Shown: piece by piece, positions 51,296-63,435 of the stretch
Numbering within the stretch: position 1 is the first letter of the stretch
Layout: each line of letters begins with the position of its first letter
NCBI RefSeq assembly: GCF_964213995.1
Contig: NC_135801.1
Coordinates: 27,466,001-27,530,000 of the forward strand
DNA length: 64,000 bases
Reading direction: 5' to 3'
Source of the DNA: Mustelus asterias
Taxonomy: Eukaryota
Position numbers and translations under genes: made by a program
The notes under the pieces: model-generated
Seen by the model: only the letters and a program-made list of their open reading frames with translations
Database searches by the model: none
What the model was told of the DNA's origin: nothing

Positions 51296-51608
51296 AGGTG
51301 GCACAGTGGTTAACACTGCTGCCTCACAAGGGACCCAGATTCAATTCCCGGCTTGGGTCACTGTTTGTGTGAGCTTGCACGTTCTCCCCTTGTTTGCGTG
51401 GGTTTCCTCCAGGTGCGCCGGTTTCTTCCCACACTCCAAAGGTTTGCAGATTAGGTGGATTGGCCATGCTAAATTGTCCCGTAGTATCAGGGCGACTAGC
51501 TAGGGTAAATGCATGGGATTATGGGGATAGGGCCTGGGTGGGATTGTGGTTGGAGCAGACTCGATGGGCCGAGTGGCCTCCTTCTGCACTGTAGGATTCT
51601 ATTCTATG
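51296..51608 (+). mobile_element. HE1-type V-SINE, tail A
   Basis: Full length. Confidence 0.88.
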
Positions 51609-52333
51609 CTTTCTTCCCTCCCAGTTTCCAAAGGTTTTGTTTTGCTCTCATTTTATTTAAAAATAAAACTGAAAAGGGAAACTGCCCACCTTTCTCTAAT
51701 TATTTTATTCTTCCTCTGTCTCACTCTCTCAACTCATGCAGGCTTTTCTCCCTATTTGTCTTGTTGGTATTAGAAACTGTCTCAGATGCAAGTGGCTAGA
51801 CTGACTTTAAAAAAAAAACTGTAACCATCGCATAGATGAGATAATTAATTGACATTAGTGTTCAGATTCTTTTTTGAATGAAGAAAGACTCAAGTTCAAC
51901 TTCTGCAAGAGTTTTTTGGAACACAAACTGACATGCAGCTCATACAATATAATTTTTTTATATCTCATTTATAATTCTGATCAATACACACGCATTTCCC
52001 TCAATAAAAATTTTTGGAAGCTGCAGAAAAATACTCCATCAGTGTGGTTGATGGAGAGACCTCCCTCGGCAGCTGAAAAGATTTAGAACTCAACTCTTTT
52101 GAACTGGGAGGTCTTATGGCACTTGTGGGAAATTAGGTACACGGCACAGGCTCAAACTGCACAACTAAACTGAAAAAGAGTTAAAAACTCAGAGCTTTCG
52201 GGAAAGACTGAGGCTTTTAAATTTAACATTTCTTGGAATTTTTATTTTTTATAAAAATCCTCAACTTGGGGATTTAAACTTTGAATTGCCGAGAGTAAAA
52301 AATTTCAGATGGAGAAACTCCAGAAAATATTTG

Positions 52334-52459
52334 GGGCGGGATTTTATGGCCTCGCTCATCCTGAAATCATAAAATCCCACCCGAGATCAATGGACCTTCC
52401 CATTGTCCACCTTCGCCCGCTCCGATGCCCATGGCGGGCAGTGCGGTAAAATTCTGGCC
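52334..52459. mobile_element. PIF/Harbinger-like MITE (126 bp)
   Basis: Terminal inverted repeats GGGCGGGATTTT/AAAATTCTGGCC, 3-bp duplication TTG. Confidence 0.7.
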
Positions 52460-52807
52460 TTGGAGTGATTTGTAGGCATGCGGTGGCCAAACCTATTACA
52501 ATGTAGTAACAAGATAATACAACCTAGGTATATCCAATTATAAATGGTGATTTAGGAATTTATAATGTGAAAAATAAAAATCATAGCAAGTTAAGTTTTG
52601 CTTGCAGAAAATAAGTACAGATATAAACATATTAAATGTGATTTCATTAGCCCACCATTTTGTCCTCAAACCAAAAGATTTATTAAAATGTAATAATGCA
52701 ATATAGTATTTTGGTCACTTGGATCATACAACATTTTTCTTCCATGTACTCAGCTTTAAAGACTTGTCTTCCTCCCTACCTCACAACTCCATAAATAATT
52801 ACTGAGG

Positions 52808-53020
52808 TCATTCTCTTCTCTTGCATGCAATGCATTTTGTCTTAATACACCCAAGATTACTACACGATTCTGCTGTGCACACATTAGGAGACAAGGACCT
52901 CAATGCGCTCTTCGTGATACAAACAAAGCTTCTGCTCAGCAAGGCAGCACTCACACCATTCTTGGAAATGTCCATCCTTCCTTTCATGAAGACCGACACC
53001 ATTGAATAAAGAGAAAATGG
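52808..53020 (-). mobile_element. Possible degenerate hAT dimerisation-domain fragment
   Basis: ITKSALRSLSPNVCTAESCSNLGCIKTK resembles the hATC consensus (AL..L..P.STA..ERSFS.L..IKT). Confidence 0.35.
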
Positions 53021-53082
53021 GAAAGAAGAGACCTCCCTCGGCAGCTGAAAAGATTTAGAACTCAACTCTTTTGAACTGGGAG

Positions 53083-53380
53083 GTCTTATGGCACTGTGGG
53101 TAGTGTCCCTACCTCTAGGCCAGAGGCTCTGGGTTCAAGTCCCACTTCAGGACTGAGCCAAGGAAGGTGAATTCATAACATGGCCAAACAGGTTGATCAT
53201 CAGCCTGTAAATCCTTCCAATACACCTGATGGCAGGTGTGTTGGAAGAAGAGAAAAGTTTCACACTGCAGGAGGCAATGGCAAATCACTGCAGTACTTTG
53301 CCAAGCACAATCATGGACTAGCTCAATGCTAAGTCCATGGTTGCCAACACCCTCTTAGGGCATGGTACCTGGAGAAGGAT
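53083..53380 (+). mobile_element. tRNA-headed SINE with RTE/BovB-like tail
   Basis: A-box-like tggcactgtggg and B-box gggttcaagtccc; 3' part ggcaatggcaaatcactgcagtactttgcc...catggac...agtccatgg. Confidence 0.5.
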
Positions 53381-53765
53381 CATTAACTGTCATCATAGAG
53401 GTGTGTCAAAACATAAAATACATTATTTTCAATTTTGCAAAGCAGAAATTTGTTGAGGTTACACTACAGCAAGCACACACTATCAAATGTCTATAACAGT
53501 CAATTTAAATAAAACATCCATTACAGAATGTGAACCTCCTGCATTCACAGACTATAAATGCAAAATTTTGCTGGCACCAAGTCCAACAGCAAGTGGCTGA
53601 ACAGAAGGTGACCATCCCCCACGCAAATGTACACAATCCAAACCACAGACAACAAACAAAAATCCTGCTAAATTAAGTTAGGAGAAAAACCTCTCCGATG
53701 GATCAAATATATCTAAAACAACAAGTAATAAGTTTCAAATTGATGGACTTGTGATTTTTTTTTAC

Positions 53766-53895
53766 CTGCCATCAAAAAAATAGAACTTCCCGCGACCATT
53801 CTTCTCACCATGTACAAAATGCCCTTCAAATCTGTCACTAGAGGCATAGGTAACTTTACAGAACCCATGTGGCTGGTTATCTTCATCCAAGGGAC
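53766..53895 (-). CDS. SETD7: SETD7 exon 2 (MORN repeats)
   Basis: ttgtag|...|GTAAA, 130 nt; translates (G)PLDEDNQPHGFCKVTYASSDRFEGHFVHGEKNGRGKFYFFDG(S). Confidence 0.96.
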
Positions 53896-54779
53896 CTACA
53901 ATAGGAACATTTTAAACTTACTGAACCTCGGACAAACACACAAAAAATAAAATGCATAATTTTAACCCCCCCCCCCCCCAAAAAGATTGCACGTTACTGC
54001 AACATTAAAGCACTAAGTATCTGCTACTGACTATAAATACCACCAAGATCCTGTTCACTTGTTCGGGAGAAAGGCTCAAGAATGGTTTTCTTATCCAGGT
54101 GAGATCCAGTTTGGAGGTGGTGACTTTTCTTTCCGGGTTATTTGTCACGAGTGAAATCAACACGCAATGACAAGGGGGGGGGGGTGGGGGAAGAGAGATT
54201 TGTTTCCCCCCCCCCCCCCCCCTTTTTGCTCTCTCGGTTGCTGGTAACATTTAAAATTAAAATGGGGAAACTTTGATCTTATCAATTGGCCTGAAATACT
54301 GATGGAGGCAGAGAATCGCATGATCAAATTGGTAACAATAGTGGCAATTACCCCCCACCCCAACCCCCTGGGGAACAGAGGCAAAGATTACATTGTGGAG
54401 CGAGTCTAGGGAATAAAAGGTTTCCCAGATCTCTTTCCCTGACGGTGAATTTTGGTTCGCAGCAAATTATCACCCTGTAGTTTCCCCGCACCAGAACACT
54501 GGTGTTTTCACTCTGCACGGCTGACTCGAAACGCCTGCATCACAATAATCCAGATTACATAACTGTTAAAGTAGCCCAACACATTCATTTTTTAAACCAG
54601 TTACTTTTTCTTTAAATAAAATGAAATATCCATTTAATTCCAGGAAATTATGACGTTTCTTTTCGGGAAGAATTTAAGATTTTTGTTGGTTCTTATTGTT
54701 GGCACCTTTAGTCGATTGCAAAAAAAAATCCTGCAAGATCTGCCCCAAGATAAACTTTTTTTTTGGAACATTTATTTTA

Positions 54780-55180
54780 TTTAGGGAAAGTAAAATCGCG
54801 CTGGTTATGGGTCGTTGCGAATGGTTTTCTCTCGCCAGCGCACGTTTGCGATGCTTTGTTCGATTACCATAAAATAAAAGAGTCGCTTTTAAAAGGCGTG
54901 ATTTGGGGGGCCGGGTATCTCTTGCACCGCACTGTCCCTCCCTCCTGCTCGGCTTCTTTCAGGGGGGAGGTTAGGGGGCTGTGTGGGACAAACCCGCACA
55001 CATTCCCACTACTCACCTTCCACTGTCTCCTCCACATTATCATCGTCACTGTCCATCATGCTGCCTCTTCTCGGTGCCCCGGAGACGAGAGCTGCTCTCA
55101 GGCCGGGGGACTGCCTCTAAACTCTGCCTCCCCACACTGCCTGCTGCCTGAACCGGAATCAGCGTTCAGACGCTGACATC
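54780..55180 (-). promoter_or_regulatory. SETD7: CpG-enriched promoter/5' UTR region of SETD7
   Basis: CpG-rich sequence around exon 1. ETS-like ACCGGAA at 55152, a 7-bp inverted repeat TCAGCGT-tcag-ACGCTGA (55159-55176), and CRE-like TGACATCA just upstream. Confidence 0.6.
55017..55059 (-). CDS. SETD7: SETD7 coding exon 1, (M)MDSDDDNVEETVE-G
   Basis: Minus strand reads agcATG ATG GAC AGT GAC GAT GAT AAT GTG GAG GAG ACA GTG GAA G|GTGAGT. This matches the SETD7 N-terminus (human MDSDDEMVEEAVEG). Tandem ATGs at 55059 and 55056; 40 nt from the second. Confidence 0.93.
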
Positions 55181-55184
55181 ATCC

Positions 55185-56220
55185 CCAGCTGCTGCTGTGA
55201 CTGACAGCTTCAGTCCATTCCCCCCCCCCCCACCTCCCCTTGGCACCCATATCCAAATGTTCCCTGGACGGACAGCTGCACTCCCTTTTTATCCACCCCC
55301 TCTCCCCCTGACACCCATATCCAACCTCCACACCCACATCCACCCCACCCCCACACATCCATATGCTGCTGTAACTGACAGCTTCAACCACTTCCCCCTC
55401 TACCCAACACCCATATCCAACTGTTCCCTTGACTGGCAGCTGCTCTCCCTTTTTTATCCACCTTTTTATCTCCCCTAACATCCATATCCAATCCCCCACC
55501 ACACACCCCCATATCCAGCTGCTGCTGTAACTGACAGCTTCAGCCACTTCCCTCTTCCCCTGACACCCATATCCAACTGTTCCCTTGACTGGCAGCTGCA
55601 CTCCCTTTTTATCCACCCCCTCTCTCCTGATACCCATATCCCATATCCAAGCCCCGGCCACACACACCCATATCCAACTGCTGCTGTCACTGACAGCTTC
55701 AGCCACTTTTTTTGATTGGATTTATTATTGTCACATGTATTAGTATTCAAAGAAAAGTATTGTTTCTTGCACACTGTACATGCAAAGCATACCGTTCATA
55801 GAGAAGGAAAGGAGAGTGCAGAATGTAGTGTTACAGTCATAGCTAGGGTGCAGAGAAAGATGTGAGGTAGGCCCATTCAAAAGTCTGATGGCAGCAGGGA
55901 AGAAGCTGTTCTTAAGTCGGTTGGTACATGTACTCAGAAGGAGAAAGACTTCCCCTTTCCCCTAACACCTATATCCAAACCCCCTTCACACACTGCAATT
56001 GCTGCTGTAACTGGCAGCTTCAGCCACTTCCCCTTCCCCATATCCAGCGTTCCCTTGACTAACAGCTCTCCCTTTTTATTTCCCTGTTCCCCGACACCTA
56101 TATCCAACCCCCCTCCACACACACCTATATCCAAATGTTCCTTTGACTGACAACTGCTCTCTCTTTTTATTCCCCCTCCCTTGACATGCATATCTAACTG
56201 CTCCTTTGATTGGCAGCTGG
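55185..56220. repeat. Complex C-rich tandem repeat (about 155-175 bp units) immediately upstream of SETD7
   Basis: Recurring unit CTGCTGTRACTGACAGCTTCAGCCACTTCCC...CCCATATCCAA. TGACAG cores at 55202, 55376, 55532 and 55691, with a variant at 56012. Interrupted by a LINE tail at 55707-55936. Confidence 0.85.
55707..55936 (-). mobile_element. Rex1/Babar-like LINE 3' end inserted into the SETD7 upstream tandem array
   Basis: Reverse-complement homologue of 14431-14645; interrupts the array at cagccac|ttccc. Confidence 0.65.
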
Positions 56221-57899
56221 CAACCTCTCTCCTCCCTCAGATATCATCACACTCTGTAATGAAACAAAGAACAGTCATTAACCCCACCCCAAAATCCCCC
56301 ACTTGGTGTAGTCAGAATGAGGGTCACTTGCACCCACAAGCCTAAATGCCCCAACCCCACCCGCTATCCCATTCATTCCTGATGCTCCCAATGTACATTG
56401 TATTCCCCTTTGCTGTGTTTTAGTATTGCCCCTGTCCACTCCACTCCCAACTTTGCCAACAGCCCTTCTGTAATTCAGAGAAAATCAACAGAATTGTGGC
56501 CCCACGGTATCCAGCTACCAGCAGCTTTGAATTGGCACCCAGCCCCACACACATTCCATCAAGAGCCCTGGCTCATTCTTTTATTTTTGCCCTTCGCCAG
56601 CTAAAGGACGCTGGGTTCAGTGGTTGTGTCTCCAATGCAGGTCCAGCTAAGATCAGTTAATTCAGCACACACCAGGAATTGCTGGGCAGAAGCCAAGCCT
56701 GGTCTCTTTGTCTCAGTTATTCATCGGCCATTTCAGCTACTGAACCACCATTGGATTCCTTCCAGGAAGTTTTTGATAGGGGTAATTTTCCAACTTCACG
56801 CTCTTGGGCAGGGATGAAGACTCCATAATTAAAGATTCAGGGACACTACAAATGATTTTCACCAAACAGGAATACGGAATATTATTCAAATAATAAAAAA
56901 TGTAAATGGATGAGCCAGGATCTAGTTTCAGTATTTTTCATGGCAAAATCCCTCTATCCCTTTAACTCTCTTGTTTCTTCCAGCCCCTTCCCCCAACACC
57001 CTCTCTTTTTGCACCACCTTCTCACACCCTGCATCATTATAAACTCTTACATGTTTTGTCACCTAATATTACATTCTGTCACTTATCTTGCATCACCTAC
57101 CACCCCACTATCTATTCCCTCTTACTCAACCCCATTCTCTGCACTCCTCCTTCCTCTCCATACCCTGTGCTCACGGTTTTCTTCTCACCTCCCACCAACT
57201 TTATCCGCCAATCTTTATTCCTTTCTTGTCATCATCTCCCCATTAGCAAGGTTCCATTCTTATGGCACCACCCCACCCAAGTCTTTATTCTTTTAACTGA
57301 TCAGTTCCTACATATATCCCAGCAAACCCTTCAGTCTACAACACCCCCAAACTGTCCCTCACCATCAGCCCCCTATTCCTTTATAACCCATCCCAATCGC
57401 GCTCAACAGTGCATTTTAGAAAGTCCTATCCTCCATCTCATTATAAGCTTTGCTGGTTTCCCAGAAGTGAAAATTCAGCAATTTGTCTTTTTAAAATTCA
57501 AAAAGCATTCTAGAAAGAACACCATGCTACGTTCCTTTCATAATGATATAAACACTAAAAATTGTTTCCCAGAGCCAGGAAATTGTCAACGGAGCAGTTA
57601 GAATGGAGATATGGACCTGGAGAACGGACAAGGAGGTTAGGTAGATTACAAACCAGGAAGGAATGGCATGAGTCATGAGTCCATTGATCGATATACCTGG
57701 GCTGTTAGGAACAGGATAGGGGGATTGGCTGTGCTAAAATGCCCCTTTAGTGTCCTAAGATGTCTAGGTTAGATGGATGTGTAGGTTAGGGGGATTAGCA
57801 GGGTAAATACATGGGGTTATGGGTACAGGGGGGAAAAGAGGGCCTGGGTAAGTTACTCTGTCAGAGAACCAGTACATCACCAGTACACCAGTACAGTGC

Positions 57900-58499
57900 T
57901 GCATCTGTAGAGGGCATTGGTGAGGCCGCAGCTGGAATACTGTGTGCAGTATTGGTCCCCTTATTTGCGGAAGGATATATTGGCCTTGGAGGGAGTGCAG
58001 AGAAGGTTCACCAGGTTGATACCAGAGATGAGGGGGTATTGATTATGAGGAGAGACTGAGCAGATTGGGTTTGTACTCGTTGGAATTTAGAAGGCTGAGG
58101 GGGGATCTTATAGAGACCTATAAGATAATGAAGGGGCTGGATAGGGTAGAGGTGGAGAGATTCTTTCCACTTAGAAAGGAAGCTAGAACTAGAGGGCACA
58201 GCCTCAAAATAAAGGGGGGTCAGTTTAGGACAGAGTTGAGGAGGAACTTCTTCTCTCAGAGGGTGGTGAATCTCTGGAATTCTCTGCCCACTGAAGTGGT
58301 GGAGGCTACCTCGTTGAATATGTTTAAATCACGGATAGATGGATTCCTGATCGGTAAGGGAACTAGGGGTTACAGGGATCAGGCGGGTAAGTGGAACTGA
58401 TCCACTTCAGATCAGCCATGATATTATTGAATGGCGGGGCAGGCTCGAGGGGCTAGATGGCCTACTCCTGCTCCTATTGTTTATGTTCTTATGTTCTTA
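57900..58499 (+). mobile_element. CR1 3' fragment, near-identical to 30235-30833, nested in a V-SINE tail
   Basis: GLYSLEFRRLRGDLIETYKIMKGLDRVEVERFFPLRKEA...; host SINE halves at about 57720-57872 and 58500-58550. Confidence 0.92.
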
Positions 58500-59400
58500 C
58501 AGACTTGATGGACCAAATGGCCTCCTTCTGCACTGTAGGGATTCTATGAGGATAGATAAATGTCCCAAATTTGGCGCCAAGTCTCATTGTGGGGTGGGTG
58601 AAGGTGTGGGGGTGGAAGTGGGAGAAGGTCCGACAGCCTGAGTCCAGAGGCTCGACAAATGGGAGGACAGGGGTAAGTCTATGAAGTTGGCTGAAAGCAT
58701 GAGTAAAAGAAATGAGCTAAATGAAACAACAAGAAAAATATTAGAAAAGACAATTGATGCATTAAATTAAATTAAAACTTGATAGAAAATGGAAGGTTAA
58801 TAAATCTAAAGGAAAAATGTACCTGCTGCATCACTCAGGCAAACAGGGCTGGGAAACACAGCTTGGAGCAGCAGCAGTACCACCTACTGTTGGAAGGCCT
58901 GAAAGATAAGTAGAGGCAAGCGCAGAAAGCAATTCTCAGTTTCGTAGCATTCATTCCAGTTAAGCTGTCGCCTAGATGATCAAAACAATCATTGCAAGGT
59001 TTTGTCTGTCCTTATTGCAAGAATAACTAGGCTGGGGCGGGAGGATTTCAAGACTTACCGGAGTTTGGAAACTCATATATCAATGAAAAAAAGGCTTGCT
59101 TGTTGAACTTCTTAGTGATACTGATACATTTTAATAAACATGGGTTAATGTTGGGACTGTGAATTTGCATTGGAATTAACATTAAAAATCTGGAGAAGAC
59201 ACTATATAATACTGTGCAAAACAAAAAAAGCCTTTTTTGGAACAGTAAACAACTAGGGTGACCAACTAGGCTAACCAATATATTTGTCCCATTATAGATT
59301 AACTCCACCTACCAGCTTCCAAACATATTCCTCAATTCCTTTGCTGTTCGAAAATACACTTAATTGTTTCTTGAACTCAGTTATACTACACACTTCAATA

Positions 59401-59668
59401 GGGGGTGGCACGGTGGTTAGCACTGCTGTCTTACAGTGCCAGGGATGCGGGTTTGATTCCTGGCTTGGGTCACTGGCTGTGCAGAGTCTACACGTTCTTC
59501 CTGCGTCTGCGTGGGTTTCCTCCCACAGTCTGAAAGACGTGCTGGTTAAGTGCATTCCTCAGTGTCCTTGAACAGGCGCCGGAGTGTGTGGCGACGAGGG
59601 GATTTTCACAGTAACACAACTGCAGTGTTAATGTAAGCCTACTTGTAACACTAATAAATAAAATAAAA
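59401..59668 (+). mobile_element. V-SINE, tail type B
   Basis: Head and tail B with small internal deletions. Confidence 0.85.
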
Positions 59669-60124
59669 TGAACATTTCCCAGGCAGCTGAATCCAAAACT
59701 TAGTGACCTTGGAATTCTGCAGGAGTTTTCCAGGTCTTCCCAAGTTCCGGCAAAAATGATTGAAAGTAGCCATTTATGTAATGATCTCTGGAAGGTTACA
59801 GGAGGAGATCAGGAGAATTCCCATTAAAACTTCAGGGTCTAACATGCTTTGGAGGTGAAGAATTTAAATATGCTACCCACCTTTCCAGTTAATATAACGT
59901 ATTGACCAGAGTTTAAAATGCTGAAACGGGTTGTCTACAGTGAGTTCCAGCCAACCTGCCAAGAGCGGTTGCTGAGATAACTTGGAGCATAAATGATGTA
60001 TAGTCTTACATATAGTGATAATGAAATTGTTTTGGACCAAAGTTTTTACAGGTTGCCTCTGGCCAAACCTGCTACTCGTGGCAAGCTAGACACCAGCAGC
60101 GCTGATCTATCAGAAAGAGAGAGT

Positions 60125-60512
60125 TGAATTTATATACAATATTCACAACTACCAGATGTCTCAAAGCACTTTGCAGTCAAGTAAGTATTTTTTGAAGTGT
60201 AGTCACCACTCCCATAAACAACAAATGATAATGATCTGCTTTTTGCGATGTTGATTGAGGAAGAAATATTGGCAAGAACACTGGGGATAATTCCCTTGCT
60301 CCTCTTCAGAATAATGGGATCTTTAATATCCATCCAAGCAATCAAATGGGACCTCATCTGATCTGAAAGACAGCACCTCCAACAATGGCACTCTTCCTCA
60401 AAACTGCACTAAGGCATCAGCATAGACTTTTGTATTCAAATCCTCTATTGGGATTGAATCTAGGACTTTGTGACTCAGAGTCAAGACTGGTACAACTGAG
60501 CCACAGCTGACA
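60125..60512 (-). mobile_element. Deu-SINE (SacSINE1-like)
   Basis: Reverse complement of the same head/core/tail arrangement (atctgaaagacagcacctccaaca, tgggatctttaa, actgagccacagctgac). Confidence 0.7.
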
Positions 60513-61344
60513 CTCGATTCAGAAATGTACATTTAACATTTCTGGTCCTTGCTAACCATCCCACCCTTCCACGTACATACATTATGAAAATCCCCCCGAC
60601 TGTAAAGTAGAAATAAAGTCTTGTTAATGACTATGGATCACCACGGAGATTGTCAATAGATCTCTCTGTGGGCCTTGTAAAATATGAGCTCCCCTATTAA
60701 GCATGTGGATGGTCACCCAAAAGGGAAGGAGCACTGGGAGAGGGTTTAAAACCAGCTGACTCCACTCAGGCCAGCAGTCGAAGAGCTTGACCTGTACACT
60801 GTGGCCGCAGAAGCAGTACCTTCTGCGTGTTGTAAATAAATGGTGTTGGAATTGGAACACTGGCCTTAGCGAGATCATTACAAAGAAACTGTAGGGGTGC
60901 ACTATTGACTCCAACCTCATATGAAATAGGAAACATTTGGCACAATGAAACACAATAACATGAAAGGAATTTGAAAAAGGGATGGATAAGACAAGGAAAG
61001 AAGCAGATACAGGAAGAAAAAACAACCGAACGTGAATGGCAGGAAGTCAAAAGACATTTAAGGTTGATGCCAAATGGGCTGGAGAGTCTTTAAAGGAAGA
61101 CGCGATATTAACTGTGAAATAATTTGGTCTGGCAGCTGGGGAGACAATTAAAATGACCCAGGGGATGTAACCGCTGATTCAATCCCTTCTTACAACCATT
61201 CATTTTAATCTGCTCTGCAGAATGGTGAAAACACCCACTAGAAAGTAGCGTAGTCATTCTTTATACATGCAAACCTGGCACCTGGCCAATTACTTTATCT
61301 TTATTTTAGCAAGTGGGTGAGCAGGAGATGCTTTGGCCGCTTTC

Positions 61345-61638
61345 CATTCGGCCCATCGAGTCTGCACCGACTACAATCCCACCCAGGCCCTATCCCCATA
61401 ACTCCATGCATTTGCCCTAGCTAATCTCCCTCACACTAAGGGGCAATTTAGCATGGCCAATCCATCTAACCCGCACCTCTTTGGACTGTGGGAGGAAACC
61501 GGAGCATCCGGAGGAAACCCACACAGACACGGGGAGAAAGTACAAACTCCATACAGACAGTGACCCAACCCAGGAATCGAACCCAGGTCCCTGGCGCTGT
61601 GAGGCAACGGTGCTAACCACTGTGCTACCGTGCCGCCC
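61345..61638 (-). mobile_element. HE1-type V-SINE, tail A (3' end clipped)
   Basis: Head, V-domain and most of tail A. Confidence 0.88.
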
Positions 61639-61649
61639 TATCAATATCA

Positions 61650-62385
61650 ACACTGATCATAAGACCAAGAATCCTTAAATTCTGGATGTGGCAAAGAAAT
61701 TGACCCAGTTCTTCTTTCTGATAATACAATCGAACAACGTATTGACAAAACGTCAGTTGATATTGAACAGGTACTTCAATGGCAGGTACGTTGACAGGGA
61801 TTCCACCAAAGAAAATTTCTTCTTTTGCAAAGAACTGTCCAGTCACGTGACTGGAGAGGACATCTTTTGTATCACAACTGCTTATCTGGAGGAAAACAAT
61901 CTTAACTGGATGGATCATCTTCCATAGTGGGTAAAGTCAAAGGATTCATAAGTAAGGTAAAAGAACAGAATCCGGATATGCAAGTCAGCCACCGTATCCT
62001 GCACTGTGAAACCGTTGTTGCCTCGACCACCTGATTTTACTGAATTATTAAACCAAACAGCAAAAATGGTGAATTATGTAAAATCACGCCCTTCGACATT
62101 GAGCTTGTTTACTATTTTGTGGGAACAACTGAAAACTTTGATGGAAAGCGCTTTTAAATTGTATACATTTTTCATAAAAAGTATTGTATTTGACACTGGT
62201 GATAGGGCATTCACTGTAAACTGCTTAAATTAATGGAAACTATATTAGATGGCAGCATGGCTTGTTTTTAGGAGGTTTTCGAGATGGAAGGCTTTTGTTA
62301 GAGGGTAGTTCAGTTGAAGAAAATTGGAGTTGCGCCTCAGTTATTTTGAGGTCTGCCATGACACACAAAATGTTGGGAACTACTG
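61650..62385 (+). mobile_element. hAT Charlie/Buster (ZBED5/FAM200-like) transposase remnant with right terminal repeat
   Basis: ENFFFCKELSSHVTGEDIF...LEENNLNW, GKVKGFISKVKEQNPDMQVSHRILHCE, KMVNYVKSRP across frames; terminus gttgggaactactg. Confidence 0.8.
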
Positions 62386-63435
62386 GTCGAGATGTTGTTC
62401 TCAAGTCTCCGGAGCAAGACCTCAATCCACAAGCTTCTGCCTCAGCGGCCAAGGTGGTACCACTGGACCCCAGCTGGCAATGTCACCCCAGTGCCCATTC
62501 TCCTTGTGCGGGCCTACAAATTGGTGACATTCAACAGTTGAGAAAAATCACAAGTCACCCTGATTCTGAAATTACCCGATAGCCGCAAATGCACCAAATA
62601 AGTTTTGCTGTGGTCTTATCTGGTGAGATCCAGTCTTATTTATCTTTCCTAAGCCAGGGGCACGGAGGGTAAAGGTCAGCTGACATTAGACCTTTCGAAA
62701 CCTCAATGTAGAACGTGGATCTTGGTGGGTACCCTGCAGCCATAGCATAATTTAAATTAAAAGAACAATTAGTGACCATCTAAAGAGGCAAACCATTGCT
62801 GCAGAAATCTGTGACCCTATTAAGATCATAGTGATGGAAAATACAATAATGAACTTTGAAAACATATCCCCAATGGTACATAATTATTTCATAGTGTGAT
62901 GTTACATGATAAAGCAGCTAGACTTAGAATGGTGAAGTTGTGTTTAATTTCCATACTGTGTAGTTTTAAATTATTTGTTTGCTGCTTAATTAAGCTGCGA
63001 ATCTGACAATACATCCAGTTCACACCTGATAGCATTCCAAAGACAGAAATTACTACAATACCCCAATGATTCAATTGAATCACAGAGGCCCCAAGTTGAA
63101 TCTCTGATCTGTGCCGTCTGCTGATGTCAGTCAGGGTGATAGTAGGGACTTCAAACTTAGCCTCAGTGTCAATTAAAGTTAGCAGCGCTGCCCACTTCTG
63201 ATTGCAAGTCCCACGTTACATACAGTTTAAACAGAAATGTGAACTCCAGACCGACAATTTATTTAGAAAGCTTGATCATTTATCAAACCAGCTCTTCAGG
63301 CATTTACTTCAAACTAATGCTATTTTGATTTCACAATTTATAGATTGTTTTATCTAAAAATATGACATGAGGGTTTATCCATATTTAACAGACACACAAG
63401 ATCAATGTTGTCCAATATGTTTGCCACTAGCCACA

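Larger units (their letters stand above)
52055..53095 (+). repeat. Identical 69-bp direct repeat pair (52055-52123 and 53027-53095)
   Basis: agagacctccctcggcagctgaaaagatttagaactcaactcttttgaactgggaggtcttatggcact occurs twice, 972 bp apart. Confidence 0.92.

Noticed and set aside
55179-55706. 175-aa repetitive ORF
   Set aside because: It is a by-product of the tandem array, with no recognisable domain and a start inside a LINE tail junction.
55185-56220. CRISPR-like array
   Set aside because: The context is eukaryotic, the segments between repeats are homologous to one another rather than unique spacers, and there are no cas genes.
60622-60882. Possible solo LTR (TGTTAATG...CATTACA, with TTTAAAA and AATAAA inside)
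   Set aside because: The flanks show no target site duplication and there is no second copy in the window, so the evidence is too weak to call.
61688-62233. Domesticated ZBED/FAM200-like gene
   Set aside because: It has frameshifts and stops, the TDGA catalytic segment is deleted, and a terminal repeat is retained, so it is a dead transposon.
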